This document shows, piece by piece, positions 48,423 to 56,846 of a stretch of 64,000 nt of DNA. Below the pieces are notes generated by a model. That model did not search any database and was not told the origin of the DNA. It worked only from the letters and a program-made list of their open reading frames with translations. The stretch is taken from NCBI GenBank assembly GCA_964585795.1, contig CAZPFI010000001.1:1143-65142 (forward strand). Direction: 5' to 3'. A program made the translations under genes and the position numbers. The first letter of the stretch is position 1, and each line of letters begins with the position of its first letter. This DNA comes from an uncultured Muribaculaceae bacterium (GTDB taxonomy: Bacteria; Bacteroidota; Bacteroidia; Bacteroidales; UBA932).

Positions 48423-48440
48423 ATTCGCATCTAATTTAAT

Positions 48441-48484
48441 AAAAAAAAATGACATCCGCCATAACAGGGATGTCCACTTTTTTT
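48441..48484 (-). terminator. Intrinsic terminator after rpsU
   Basis: GACATCC...GGATGTC stem, followed by nine Ts on the minus strand. Confidence 0.7.
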
Positions 48485-48503
48485 AATATTTCCGATGCTC
48501 TAT

Positions 48504-48695
48504 TTACTCTTCATTAAGACGCAGAGATTGAACATAGATGGCTTTCTTCACCTCCTCGCGTCTCTTCACTGAATTCTTGACAAAGCTCTTTCTGCTTCTC
48601 ATCTCTCTTATTGTGCCTGTCTTCTCAAATTTACGCTTGAACTTCTTTAACGCCCTTTCGATGTTTTCGCCCTCTTTAATTGGTACTATGATCAT
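48504..48695 (-). CDS. rpsU: 30S ribosomal protein bS21
   Basis: MIIVPIKEGENIERALKKFKRKFEKTG. Confidence 0.97.
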   Translation of the reverse strand: MIIVPIKEGENIERALKKFKRKFEKTGTIREMRSRKSFVKNSVKRREEVKKAIYVQSLRLNEE

Positions 48696-48702
48696 ATCTG
48701 TT

Positions 48703-48713
48703 ACACCTCCTTT
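48703..48713 (-). promoter_or_regulatory. Extended Shine-Dalgarno of rpsU (promoter TACTTTTG at 48725-48732)
   Basis: AAAGGAGGTGT, 7 nt before the ATG. Confidence 0.85.
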
Positions 48714-48809
48714 TGTTTGGGCTGCAAAAGTAACTATTTATTTTTTATCAGACAATAGTACACTCTAAATTTTGTTAATTTTGCAAATCAATAAATATTA
48801 CAACCACTT

Positions 48810-50849
48810 ATGAACCTTAACGAGTTCCAAAAACAGATTTTGCAGGGCATTCCACAGGAGTTGCCGTCTGCCCCTGTTTATGATTTTAATATTAATCACG
48901 CACCTAAAAGAAAAGATATTCTTACATCTCAGGAGAAGAGACTGGCTATTAAAAATGCATTAAGGTATTTCCCGGAAAAATTTCACAAAGTTCTGGCAGA
49001 GGAGTTTGCAAAAGAGTTAAGAGATTTTGGAAGGATTTACATGTACCGGTTTCGTCCTGCATATACCATAGAGGCCCGCTCAATATACGACTATCCTCAT
49101 AAATCATTACAGGCTGCCGCAATAATGCTCATGCTTAGCAATAACCTCGACTATGCGGTTGCACAACATCCTCACGAGTTAATAACATACGGTGGCAATG
49201 GAGCCGTTTTCCAAAACTGGGCACAATATCTGCTGACAATGCAATACCTTGCCAAAATGACAGACCGGCAGACTCTTGTGCTATACTCAGGACACCCGCT
49301 TGGTCTGTTTCCGTCTGATAAAAATGCACCAAGGGTGGTTGTAACAAACGGAATGGTCATTCCCAATTACTCTTCGAAAGACCACTGGGAAAAATTTAAC
49401 GCACTTGGAGTTTCGCAGTACGGACAGATGACTGCAGGGTCATTTATGTACATTGGCCCTCAGGGAATTGTCCATGGCACCACTCTCACCCTTTTAAATG
49501 CTGCAAGGATTAAAGAGGAGAAAAGAGTAAAAACCGGTGAACCTAAAATATTTGTAAGTTCCGGCCTGGGAGGTATGTCCGGAGCTCAACCAAAAGCATC
49601 GGTTATCGCCGGATTAATCGGTATTATTGCTGAGATAAACCCCAAAGCAGTTGAGACCAGATATAAGCAGGGGTGGGTTGACGAGGTTTTTACAGATATC
49701 GGGGAGTTGCTTGTGAGAGTAAGGAGAGCCAAAAAAGATGGAGAGGTGGTATCAATTGCATATCAGGGAAATATTGTTGACTTATGGGAAGCACTCGCAG
49801 AGTCCAATCTTGATGTAGATATTGGCAGCGATCAGACTTCTCTCCACAATCCATGGTCGGGTGGATATTATCCTGCAGGACTATCATTTGAACAGAGCAA
49901 CACAATGATTGCCGATAATCCCGAAATGTTCAGGGTAAATGTTCAAAAATCTCTCTGCCGTCACATATCAGCTATAAACAAGATGACAGAAAGAGGTATG
50001 TATTTCTTTGATTACGGAAATGCATTTCTTCTTGAGGCCTCAAGGGCCGGAGCTCAGGTGCTTCTGTCTGACGGAAATTTCAGATATCCTTCTTATGTAC
50101 AGGATATAATGGGGCCATACTTTTTTGACTATGGATTTGGCCCATACAGATGGGTTTGTACATCCTCTAAAGAGGAGGATCTGGCGGTAACCGATGCTAT
50201 TGCAGAGGAGGTTCTGGTAAAAATGGCTCTTGATGCTCCTGATGAGATTAAATCTCAGCTTGAAGATAACATCCACTGGATAAGAGAGGCCGGTGCAAAC
50301 CGTCTTGTAGTTGGTTCTCAGGCCCGCATACTTTATGCCGACTGTACCGGAAGAACAGAGATTGCCCTTGCAATGAACCGTGCAATAAGGGAGGGAAGAA
50401 TCTCAGCTCCTGTCGTGTTAGGAAGAGATCATCACGATGTATCAGGTACCGATTCTCCTTTCCGCGAAACCTCTAACATTTACGACGGCTCGCAGTTCAC
50501 TGCAGATATGGCGGTTCACAATGTCATAGGAGATGCATTCCGGGGTGCAACATGGGTCTCTGTTCATAACGGAGGCGGAGTAGGTTGGGGAGAGGTAATA
50601 AACGGAGGTTTCGGTATGGTAATAGATGGGTCGGAGAGTGCAGAAAAGAATATTAAAAACATGCTTCACTGGGATGTTAACAACGGTATTACACGAAGGG
50701 CATGGGCCCGTAATCCGTCTGCTTTATATGCCATTAAAAGAGAGATGATGCGTACTCCCCTGCTGGAGGTAACTCTGCCAAATATTGCAGATGACGCTTT
50801 AGTCGGTGAGGCTGCTGATCATGTTTTCAACCGGGAAACCCAGAATTGA
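48810..50849 (+). CDS. hutU: Urocanate hydratase (long form)
   Basis: ELITYGG, GQMTAGSFMYIGPQGIVHGT, GLGGMSGAQP, SDQTS, GRDHHD and HNGGGVG. Confidence 0.96.
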   Translation: MNLNEFQKQILQGIPQELPSAPVYDFNINHAPKRKDILTSQEKRLAIKNALRYFPEKFHKVLAEEFAKELRDFGRIYMYRFRPAYTIEARSIYDYPHKSLQAAAIMLMLSNNLDYAVAQHPHELITYGGNGAVFQNWAQYLLTMQYLAKMTDRQTLVLYSGHPLGLFPSDKNAPRVVVTNGMVIPNYSSKDHWEKFNALGVSQYGQMTAGSFMYIGPQGIVHGTTLTLLNAARIKEEKRVKTGEPKIFVSSGLGGMSGAQPKASVIAGLIGIIAEINPKAVETRYKQGWVDEVFTDIGELLVRVRRAKKDGEVVSIAYQGNIVDLWEALAESNLDVDIGSDQTSLHNPWSGGYYPAGLSFEQSNTMIADNPEMFRVNVQKSLCRHISAINKMTERGMYFFDYGNAFLLEASRAGAQVLLSDGNFRYPSYVQDIMGPYFFDYGFGPYRWVCTSSKEEDLAVTDAIAEEVLVKMALDAPDEIKSQLEDNIHWIREAGANRLVVGSQARILYADCTGRTEIALAMNRAIREGRISAPVVLGRDHHDVSGTDSPFRETSNIYDGSQFTADMAVHNVIGDAFRGATWVSVHNGGGVGWGEVINGGFGMVIDGSESAEKNIKNMLHWDVNNGITRRAWARNPSALYAIKREMMRTPLLEVTLPNIADDALVGEAADHVFNRETQN

Positions 50850-51323
50850 AGCATAGTCCAGCAAACCATCAACTATTTTCTGATCTAATCTTCTCTCCCT
50901 GGACAGTATCCAGAGAAACTTTCCGGAAGGGTCTCCAACCAAAGCGTATGTGTAATCGGGGTCCACTCTCAGCACCCAGTAATCACCCGAAAACGGCCAG
51001 AAGAAACTAACCTTTAACTTCGAGGGTTTTGTTATATCAGGTATCCATGCTTTCCCCTTTGCCTGTTTTATCCTGCTTCTGTCCGAAATCAACCGTCCTT
51101 CGTTTGTAACGGAAACGGTACCATCTTCATTTAACTGGTAATTAGCTGTTATATCTTCAAGCCCCTCTTCAAATTTGTTGGGCAGTCGCATTATTTCGTA
51201 CCACTTACCCATATACTTTTCAATTTCGAAGTCTTCTGCAGAATCAAGTGCAAGATATGCAGGAGAACAGGATGCGGTAAAAACAACCATAATACCAAAA
51301 AACAAATACTTTATTTTTCCCAT
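50799..51323 (-). CDS. blc: Bacterial lipocalin lipoprotein
   Basis: Lipobox TASC, YMGKWYEI, LKVSFFWPF and LWILSR. Confidence 0.9.
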   Translation of the reverse strand: MGKIKYLFFGIMVVFTASCSPAYLALDSAEDFEIEKYMGKWYEIMRLPNKFEEGLEDITANYQLNEDGTVSVTNEGRLISDRSRIKQAKGKAWIPDITKPSKLKVSFFWPFSGDYWVLRVDPDYTYALVGDPSGKFLWILSRERRLDQKIVDGLLDYASILGFPVENMISSLTD

Positions 51324-51390
51324 AATTCAAACTTACACAATAATTCAAATTTATAAAAACAAAACATAATTTCCTTAAATATGTTTAATA

Positions 51391-51408
51391 CTGTATCATT
51401 TATTACAC
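51391..51408. promoter_or_regulatory. Putative Crp/Fnr-family (HcpR-type) binding site
   Basis: CTGTATCATTTATTACAC imperfect palindrome, 20 bp upstream of TATCTTTG (51429-51436). Confidence 0.5.
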
Positions 51409-51476
51409 ATTTCAACATACTTCACGGGTATCTTTGCAACTCAATCAAATATATAATAACCAGAAAAAGAGATAAT

Positions 51477-52328
51477 ATGAAAAGAACAGTAATAAAAATT
51501 GATGAAGAACTTTGCAATGGTTGCGGTAATTGTGTTGAGGGATGTCACGAAGGAGCTCTTCAGTTAATAGATGGAAAGGCGGTAATGGTCAGTGATCTTT
51601 ACTGTGATGGACTTGGCGCATGTATAGGGGAGTGTCCGGTTGGAGCCATTGAGTTTGTAGAAAAGGATACGGAGCCGTATGACGAAATTGCCGTAATGGA
51701 GAGGATATCACCAAAAGGGACAAAAGTTATTATGGCACACTTAAAACACCTTAAAGATCACAACCAGACAGAGTGGTATAATCAGGGTGTGGAGTGGTGC
51801 AGAAAAAATGGAATAAATTTGGAAACAGATAAAATGGAAGAGACAAAAAAACATTCCGGATGCGGATGTCCGGGAGCTGCCGAAAGAGACTTCAGAGATG
51901 CTAAGAAGGTGCAGGAATCGGCTGGTATCAATAATATAACAGGAGTATCAGAATTAAAACAGTGGCCTGTCCAGCTCCATTTACTTAACCCTGCAGCGGC
52001 TTTTCTTAAGGATAGCGATCTTCTGCTCGCATCAGATTGTTCTGCCTTCTCAAACGGAGCTTTTCACAGCCGTTTCCTTAAAAATAAAGCACTTGCAATA
52101 GCCTGCCCCAAACTCGATGAGGGTACACAGAGTTATGTTGAGAAACTCGCTGTTATGATAGACCAGTCAAATATAAATACTCTTACCGTATTGATGATGG
52201 AAGTGCCTTGCTGCGGCGGACTTCTGCAGATAGCTAAGAGTGCAAGAGAAGTTGCAAAACGCAACATCCCCATTAAGGCAATGACTATGTCGCTTCAGGG
52301 TGATCTCCTTAGTGAAAATTGGGTATAA
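51477..52328 (+). CDS. 2x[4Fe-4S] ferredoxin-domain protein (FrdX-like)
   Basis: CNGCGNCVEGC, CDGLGACIGECP, GCGCPG, QWPVQL, ACPKLD and MEVPCC. Start MKRTVIKID. Confidence 0.88.
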   Translation: MKRTVIKIDEELCNGCGNCVEGCHEGALQLIDGKAVMVSDLYCDGLGACIGECPVGAIEFVEKDTEPYDEIAVMERISPKGTKVIMAHLKHLKDHNQTEWYNQGVEWCRKNGINLETDKMEETKKHSGCGCPGAAERDFRDAKKVQESAGINNITGVSELKQWPVQLHLLNPAAAFLKDSDLLLASDCSAFSNGAFHSRFLKNKALAIACPKLDEGTQSYVEKLAVMIDQSNINTLTVLMMEVPCCGGLLQIAKSAREVAKRNIPIKAMTMSLQGDLLSENWV

Positions 52329-52346
52329 CAGAGTAATCCGGGGCGG

Positions 52347-52772
52347 TTATTTGCGAAATTTCTTAAACAGCAATCTGTCCAGTGAATAATCGCCCGGCCC
52401 GGTTAAAAACAGGTAGATAAAGAGGCCCAGAAACAGAAGTGCCAGCTCCTTAACCTGTAAGGGATCTGATGAGTGTATCACAAAAAAGGCAATAACCATT
52501 GTAAACGCCAGAGGGATTAGTGCCAGTCTTGTCAGCAGACCGAAAATAAGAAAAATTGACGCAAAGAACTCTGCTCCTATTGCAAGAATTAGTGATATCC
52601 TGGATCCTAACCCTATAGGATCGGGAAACACCTGATAGAGAGAGCCGAAGTTGGAGAGTTTACCCCAGCCGTGCAACAATATAAGTATCCCGGCAAAAAC
52701 TCTCAACAATAACAATGTAAAGGAGTTTCCCGTTTTATTGAGCTGTGCACCATAAAGCATAAACTTTTTCAT
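52347..52772 (-). CDS. DoxX family membrane protein
   Basis: LLLRVFAG, HGWGK, AEFF, GLLTR and GPGDYSLD. Confidence 0.9.
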   Translation of the reverse strand: MKKFMLYGAQLNKTGNSFTLLLLRVFAGILILLHGWGKLSNFGSLYQVFPDPIGLGSRISLILAIGAEFFASIFLIFGLLTRLALIPLAFTMVIAFFVIHSSDPLQVKELALLFLGLFIYLFLTGPGDYSLDRLLFKKFRK

Positions 52773-52797
52773 TACAAAAAATTTTATCAGTGAAATA

Positions 52798-53145
52798 TTA
52801 TTTGGAGAGAGACTTCAGGGGTTCTGTAAGCTTAATGTCAACCGCCTCAATCTCTTTAAGGATATCTTCTCCTTTTTGAGTTAGCGTGAAATACATCTGT
52901 CTTTTATCTGTGGTTCCCATATCTCTCTCTATTAAGGCCTTCTCCTCAACCGAGCGAATAATTTTTGAGGTATTGGAACAGGTGAGGTTAATTTTTCTTG
53001 CAATTTCTCCCGAGGTAAGTCTGCCCTCCTTAAGTGAGCATATAAGCATACCTTCATTAAGACAAATACCATGAATCTTTAAAAATTCATGCTCGTAATC
53101 GGATATCGATCTGCAGACATCCCTTATTAAACATAATTTTTTCAT
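52798..53145 (-). CDS. MarR family transcriptional regulator (Cys-rich)
   Basis: wHTH with DKRQMYFTLTQKG wing; five Cys. Confidence 0.88.
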   Translation of the reverse strand: MKKLCLIRDVCRSISDYEHEFLKIHGICLNEGMLICSLKEGRLTSGEIARKINLTCSNTSKIIRSVEEKALIERDMGTTDKRQMYFTLTQKGEDILKEIEAVDIKLTEPLKSLSK

Positions 53146-53155
53146 ATAGGTCCCT

Positions 53156-53617
53156 TTAATCTTTCAACAAAAAGTTCTCGATATATTTCTTCAAATCCTC
53201 TTTTGGCACAGCTCCCTGAGCCACTTCGGGGTTACCGTTGAGAGGTATAAAGAGCAGTGTTGGTAGTGCTCTTATTCCAAAAGCAGCCGCTATGTCCTTC
53301 TCTTTATCGGTGTTTACCTTGTATATCACAAGTTTTCCATCATACTCCTTTGCAAGTTCCTCCAAAACCGGAGCGAGTTTCCTGCAGTAAATACACCAGT
53401 CTGCATAAAAATCGATTATTGCCGGTTTATCTCCCAAGTACTTCCACTCACCGGGGTTTCCCACAAAATCAACAACATTTTTTAAAAAGGCATCCTTCGA
53501 AACCGTTACAGTATATATCTTCTTCACCGATTCACTCTCCGGCTTTGCCTTACACGAACTTACAGTAAAGAAAACAATAGAAATACTTATAACTATTTTA
53601 ATTAATCTCATATTCAT
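53156..53617 (-). CDS. Exported/lipoprotein thioredoxin
   Basis: Signal with VSSC, IDFYADWCIYC and IRALPT cis-Pro loop. Confidence 0.9.
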   Translation of the reverse strand: MNMRLIKIVISISIVFFTVSSCKAKPESESVKKIYTVTVSKDAFLKNVVDFVGNPGEWKYLGDKPAIIDFYADWCIYCRKLAPVLEELAKEYDGKLVIYKVNTDKEKDIAAAFGIRALPTLLFIPLNGNPEVAQGAVPKEDLKKYIENFLLKD

Positions 53618-53646
53618 TTTTTTTGCAAATATAAATAATATTTCTT

Positions 53647-53679
53647 TTCAAACAAATTTCCAAAGGAAATTATTTTGAA
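53647..53679. promoter_or_regulatory. Inverted-repeat operator between divergent promoters
   Basis: TTCAAACAAATTTCC-aaa-GGAAATTATTTTGAA between TATATTTG (minus, 53626-53633) and TACCTTTG (plus, 53698-53705). Confidence 0.55.
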
Positions 53680-53726
53680 TTACCTCAAAATATTGCTTAC
53701 CTTTGCCGTTCGAAACAATTAACAAA

Positions 53727-56174
53727 ATGAAGTACATTATAGTCGGAGGTGTTGCGGGTGGTGCAACCGTGGCAGCCAGATTGAGAAGAAATGACGAAAA
53801 CGCACAGATAATTCTGTTTGAAAGAGGAGAGTATGTCTCATACGCCAATTGCGGATTACCCTATTACATAGGTGAAGTTATTAATAACAGGGATAACCTG
53901 TTTGTCCAAACCGTTGAGGGATTCAGAAGTCGTTATAACATAGATATCCGCACATTAAGTGAAGTTGAACGAATTGATGTCAAAAGCAAATCTGTGGAGG
54001 TTTTCAATACTATTACAGGCCGAAGATATTTTGAGAGTTACGATAAGCTCATACTCTCCCCTGGCGCAGAGCCTGTAAAACCAAAGATTGAAGGTATCGA
54101 AAGCTCAAAAGTATTTACACTCAGAAATGTCCCCGATACAGATAAGATAAAACATTACCTCTCTGTTAAACGGGTAGAAAATGCTGTGGTAGTGGGAGGA
54201 GGTTTTATAGGTCTTGAGATGGCAGAGAATCTTCACGAATGGGGTATAAAAATTGATCTTGTGGAGATGGCTCCGCAGGTTATGGCTAATCTCGATTTCT
54301 CTATGGCTTCGATTATAAATTCGGAGCTTGTTTCAAAAGGAGTTAATCTGCACCTTAGTGATGCCGTTAAAAGATTTGAAGAGAGAGAGAACAAGATTAC
54401 CGTTGAGCTTAACAGCGGTAAAAAGATTGAAGCAGACATTGTCATATGGAGCATTGGAGTTAAACCGGAGACTAAACTTGCAAAAAGTGCCGGTCTGTAT
54501 ATTGGCGAAAGTGGAGGTATTAAAGTTAACAGCTTTATGCAGACCTCAAATGAGGATATTTATGCTTTGGGTGATGCTGCCGAGGTTTTGAATCAGGTTA
54601 CAGGAACTCCGGCTTTGATACCTCTTGCCGGCCCAGCCAACAAACAGGGAAGGATAGTCGCCGATAATCTTGTTTATGGAAACAAATACAAATATGATGG
54701 CAGCATTGGGACGGGAATTGCCAAGGTCTTCGACCTCACTGTTGCCTCAACAGGGGCAAACGGAAAGATGCTCAACAAAGCTGGCATTAAATATGTTTCG
54801 TCATTCACTCACTCATCTTCACACGCCGGCTATTATCCAAATGCACTGCCTTTATCAGTAAAAATACTCTTCTCTCCGGAAGATGGCAGGTTACTGGGTG
54901 CTCAGGTTGTAGGATTTGACGGGGTTGACAAAAGAGTAGAGATGTTTGCACAAGTTATCAAATCGGGGGGTACTGTTTACGATCTGATGACAATAGAGCA
55001 TGCCTATGCACCACCATTCTCATCTGCAAAAGATCCGGTAAATATGGCAGGATTTGTTGCCGATAACATCTTAAGAGGCAAAGTTAAAATTGTATCCTGG
55101 CGAAAGGCATCAAAAGCAGAGCCCGAAAAAGACTTTATACTGGATGTGAGGACTTCTGATGAGTATTCTCTTGGTTCGATAGATAACTCTGTTAACATCC
55201 CTCTGGATGAGCTGAGAGAGAGAGTGGCGGAGGTGCCTTTGGACAAAAGAGTGATTGTATATTGCGCTGTAGGTCTTAGAGGTTATGTTGCATGCAGGAT
55301 TTTGATGCAAAGAGGATTTGATAATGTTTACAATTTGTCCGGAGGTTTTAAAACCTACTCAATAGCAACTGCGCGTCAGTCGGCAGCACAGTTTTTTGCC
55401 GGCCAGATCACATCTGATGACACTTTGAATGAAGTCGATAAAGAGACTGTACTATCTGTTGATGCAACAGGTCTGCAGTGTCCCGGTCCAATAATGCAGT
55501 TGAAAAAGAGCTATGATACTATTGGCAACGGAGAGAGACTTGAGATAAGAGCAACAGACAGTGCATTTGGCAAAGATGTAACCTCATGGTGTAAAACCAT
55601 GAATGCAAGACTTATATCAGTTGAAAACAGAGCAGGAGTGATAACTGCTATGATAGAGAAGGGTACTGATGTACCTTCGGGAAGATACTCTATGGAAGTT
55701 GTTAAAGACAACAAAACCATAGTTGTGTTCAGTGATGATCTTGATAAAGCTCTGGCATGTTTCATAATTGCCAACGGAGCTGCTTCCATGGGTAAAAGAG
55801 TTACCATGTTCTTTACTTTCTGGGGACTTAACATAATTAAAAAAGGCGATACGGCTAAAGTTAAAAAAGAGTTTGCCGGAAAGCTTTTCGGGTGGTTTTT
55901 ACCAAAGAGTGCCTCCGGACTGAAGTTGTCCAAAATGAACATGTTTGGTGCCGGATCCCTTATGATGAAATACATTATGAGAAAGAAGAATATTGACTCC
56001 CTGGAGACTCTCATAAATAATGCAAAAGATGCAGGTGTTGAGTTTATTGCATGTAAAATGAGTATGGATGTAATGGGAATAAAGGAGGAGGAGATAATTG
56101 ACGGAGTTAATTTTGCCGGAGTGGCAACATATCTGGAGAGGAGCGAAGATTCAAATATGTCTTTGTTCATATAG
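53727..56174 (+). CDS. CoA-disulfide/persulfide reductase fused to rhodanese, TusA and DsrE2-like domains
   Basis: GGVAGG, SYANCG, GGGFIG, YAPPFS, YCAVGLRG, GLQCPGP, FFTFWG and ACKMSM. Confidence 0.92.
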   Translation: MKYIIVGGVAGGATVAARLRRNDENAQIILFERGEYVSYANCGLPYYIGEVINNRDNLFVQTVEGFRSRYNIDIRTLSEVERIDVKSKSVEVFNTITGRRYFESYDKLILSPGAEPVKPKIEGIESSKVFTLRNVPDTDKIKHYLSVKRVENAVVVGGGFIGLEMAENLHEWGIKIDLVEMAPQVMANLDFSMASIINSELVSKGVNLHLSDAVKRFEERENKITVELNSGKKIEADIVIWSIGVKPETKLAKSAGLYIGESGGIKVNSFMQTSNEDIYALGDAAEVLNQVTGTPALIPLAGPANKQGRIVADNLVYGNKYKYDGSIGTGIAKVFDLTVASTGANGKMLNKAGIKYVSSFTHSSSHAGYYPNALPLSVKILFSPEDGRLLGAQVVGFDGVDKRVEMFAQVIKSGGTVYDLMTIEHAYAPPFSSAKDPVNMAGFVADNILRGKVKIVSWRKASKAEPEKDFILDVRTSDEYSLGSIDNSVNIPLDELRERVAEVPLDKRVIVYCAVGLRGYVACRILMQRGFDNVYNLSGGFKTYSIATARQSAAQFFAGQITSDDTLNEVDKETVLSVDATGLQCPGPIMQLKKSYDTIGNGERLEIRATDSAFGKDVTSWCKTMNARLISVENRAGVITAMIEKGTDVPSGRYSMEVVKDNKTIVVFSDDLDKALACFIIANGAASMGKRVTMFFTFWGLNIIKKGDTAKVKKEFAGKLFGWFLPKSASGLKLSKMNMFGAGSLMMKYIMRKKNIDSLETLINNAKDAGVEFIACKMSMDVMGIKEEEIIDGVNFAGVATYLERSEDSNMSLFI

Positions 56175-56245
56175 TTGTTTGTTGATTTAAAATATTATTT
56201 TGCAGATGAAAACACATAAATTGCTTTTTTAAAGAATAGTTACTG

Positions 56246-56806
56246 ATGAAATATTTATCAAAATTTCTGCTAAAGATTCTGGGTTGGAAGACAATGGAAC
56301 CACCGGTACCGGAGCCCAAGTGTATTATTCTTGGAGTTCCTCACACATCTTTTTGGGATTTCATTATTTCGTTCCTCTATTACAGTTCAATGGGGCGTAC
56401 CGCAAATATTATGATTAAAAAAAGTCTCTTCTGGTGGCCTCTGGGCACAGTAATCCGTTCAATGGGAGGGATTCCCGTTGACAGAGCCAAAGGAGCCAGG
56501 CTTGCGCTTCAGATTATCGACGAGTTTAAGAAAAGGGAGGTTTTACACCTTGCTATTGCACCCGAAGGAACACGAAAACCTACGGAGAAATGGAAAGCCG
56601 GGTTTCATACAATAGCCAGGTCTGCAAACATTCCTGTATATCTCGGTTACTTCGACTGGAATAAAAAAGAGGTTGGCAGAGGTGAAAAATTTGAACTTTC
56701 CGACGATGTGCAAAACGATCTTCAAAGGATAAGACAATGGTACAAAGACAAAGGGGTAGTGGGCAAACACCCGGAGAAATTCACCACGGGAAAGGATTTG
56801 GAATGA
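56246..56806 (+). CDS. PlsC-like acyltransferase
   Basis: PHTSFWD (HxxxxD), GGIPVDR and APEGTR. Confidence 0.9.
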   Translation: MKYLSKFLLKILGWKTMEPPVPEPKCIILGVPHTSFWDFIISFLYYSSMGRTANIMIKKSLFWWPLGTVIRSMGGIPVDRAKGARLALQIIDEFKKREVLHLAIAPEGTRKPTEKWKAGFHTIARSANIPVYLGYFDWNKKEVGRGEKFELSDDVQNDLQRIRQWYKDKGVVGKHPEKFTTGKDLE

Positions 56807-56846
56807 TTATTGCTATATTTACACCTGCTTATTTATTACATAATTG

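Noticed and set aside
51381-51476. N-terminal extensions in the ORF track (also 2768, 8225, 15769, 18957, 30441, 48455, 63549)
   Set aside because: They run through promoter boxes, terminators or neighbouring genes. Downstream ATGs match the family starts.
55511-56170. 219-aa antisense ORF and the many other 60-170 aa overlapping ORFs in the track
   Set aside because: They lie on top of well-supported genes and have the Ser/Ile/Phe-rich composition typical of antisense shadows, with no motifs.
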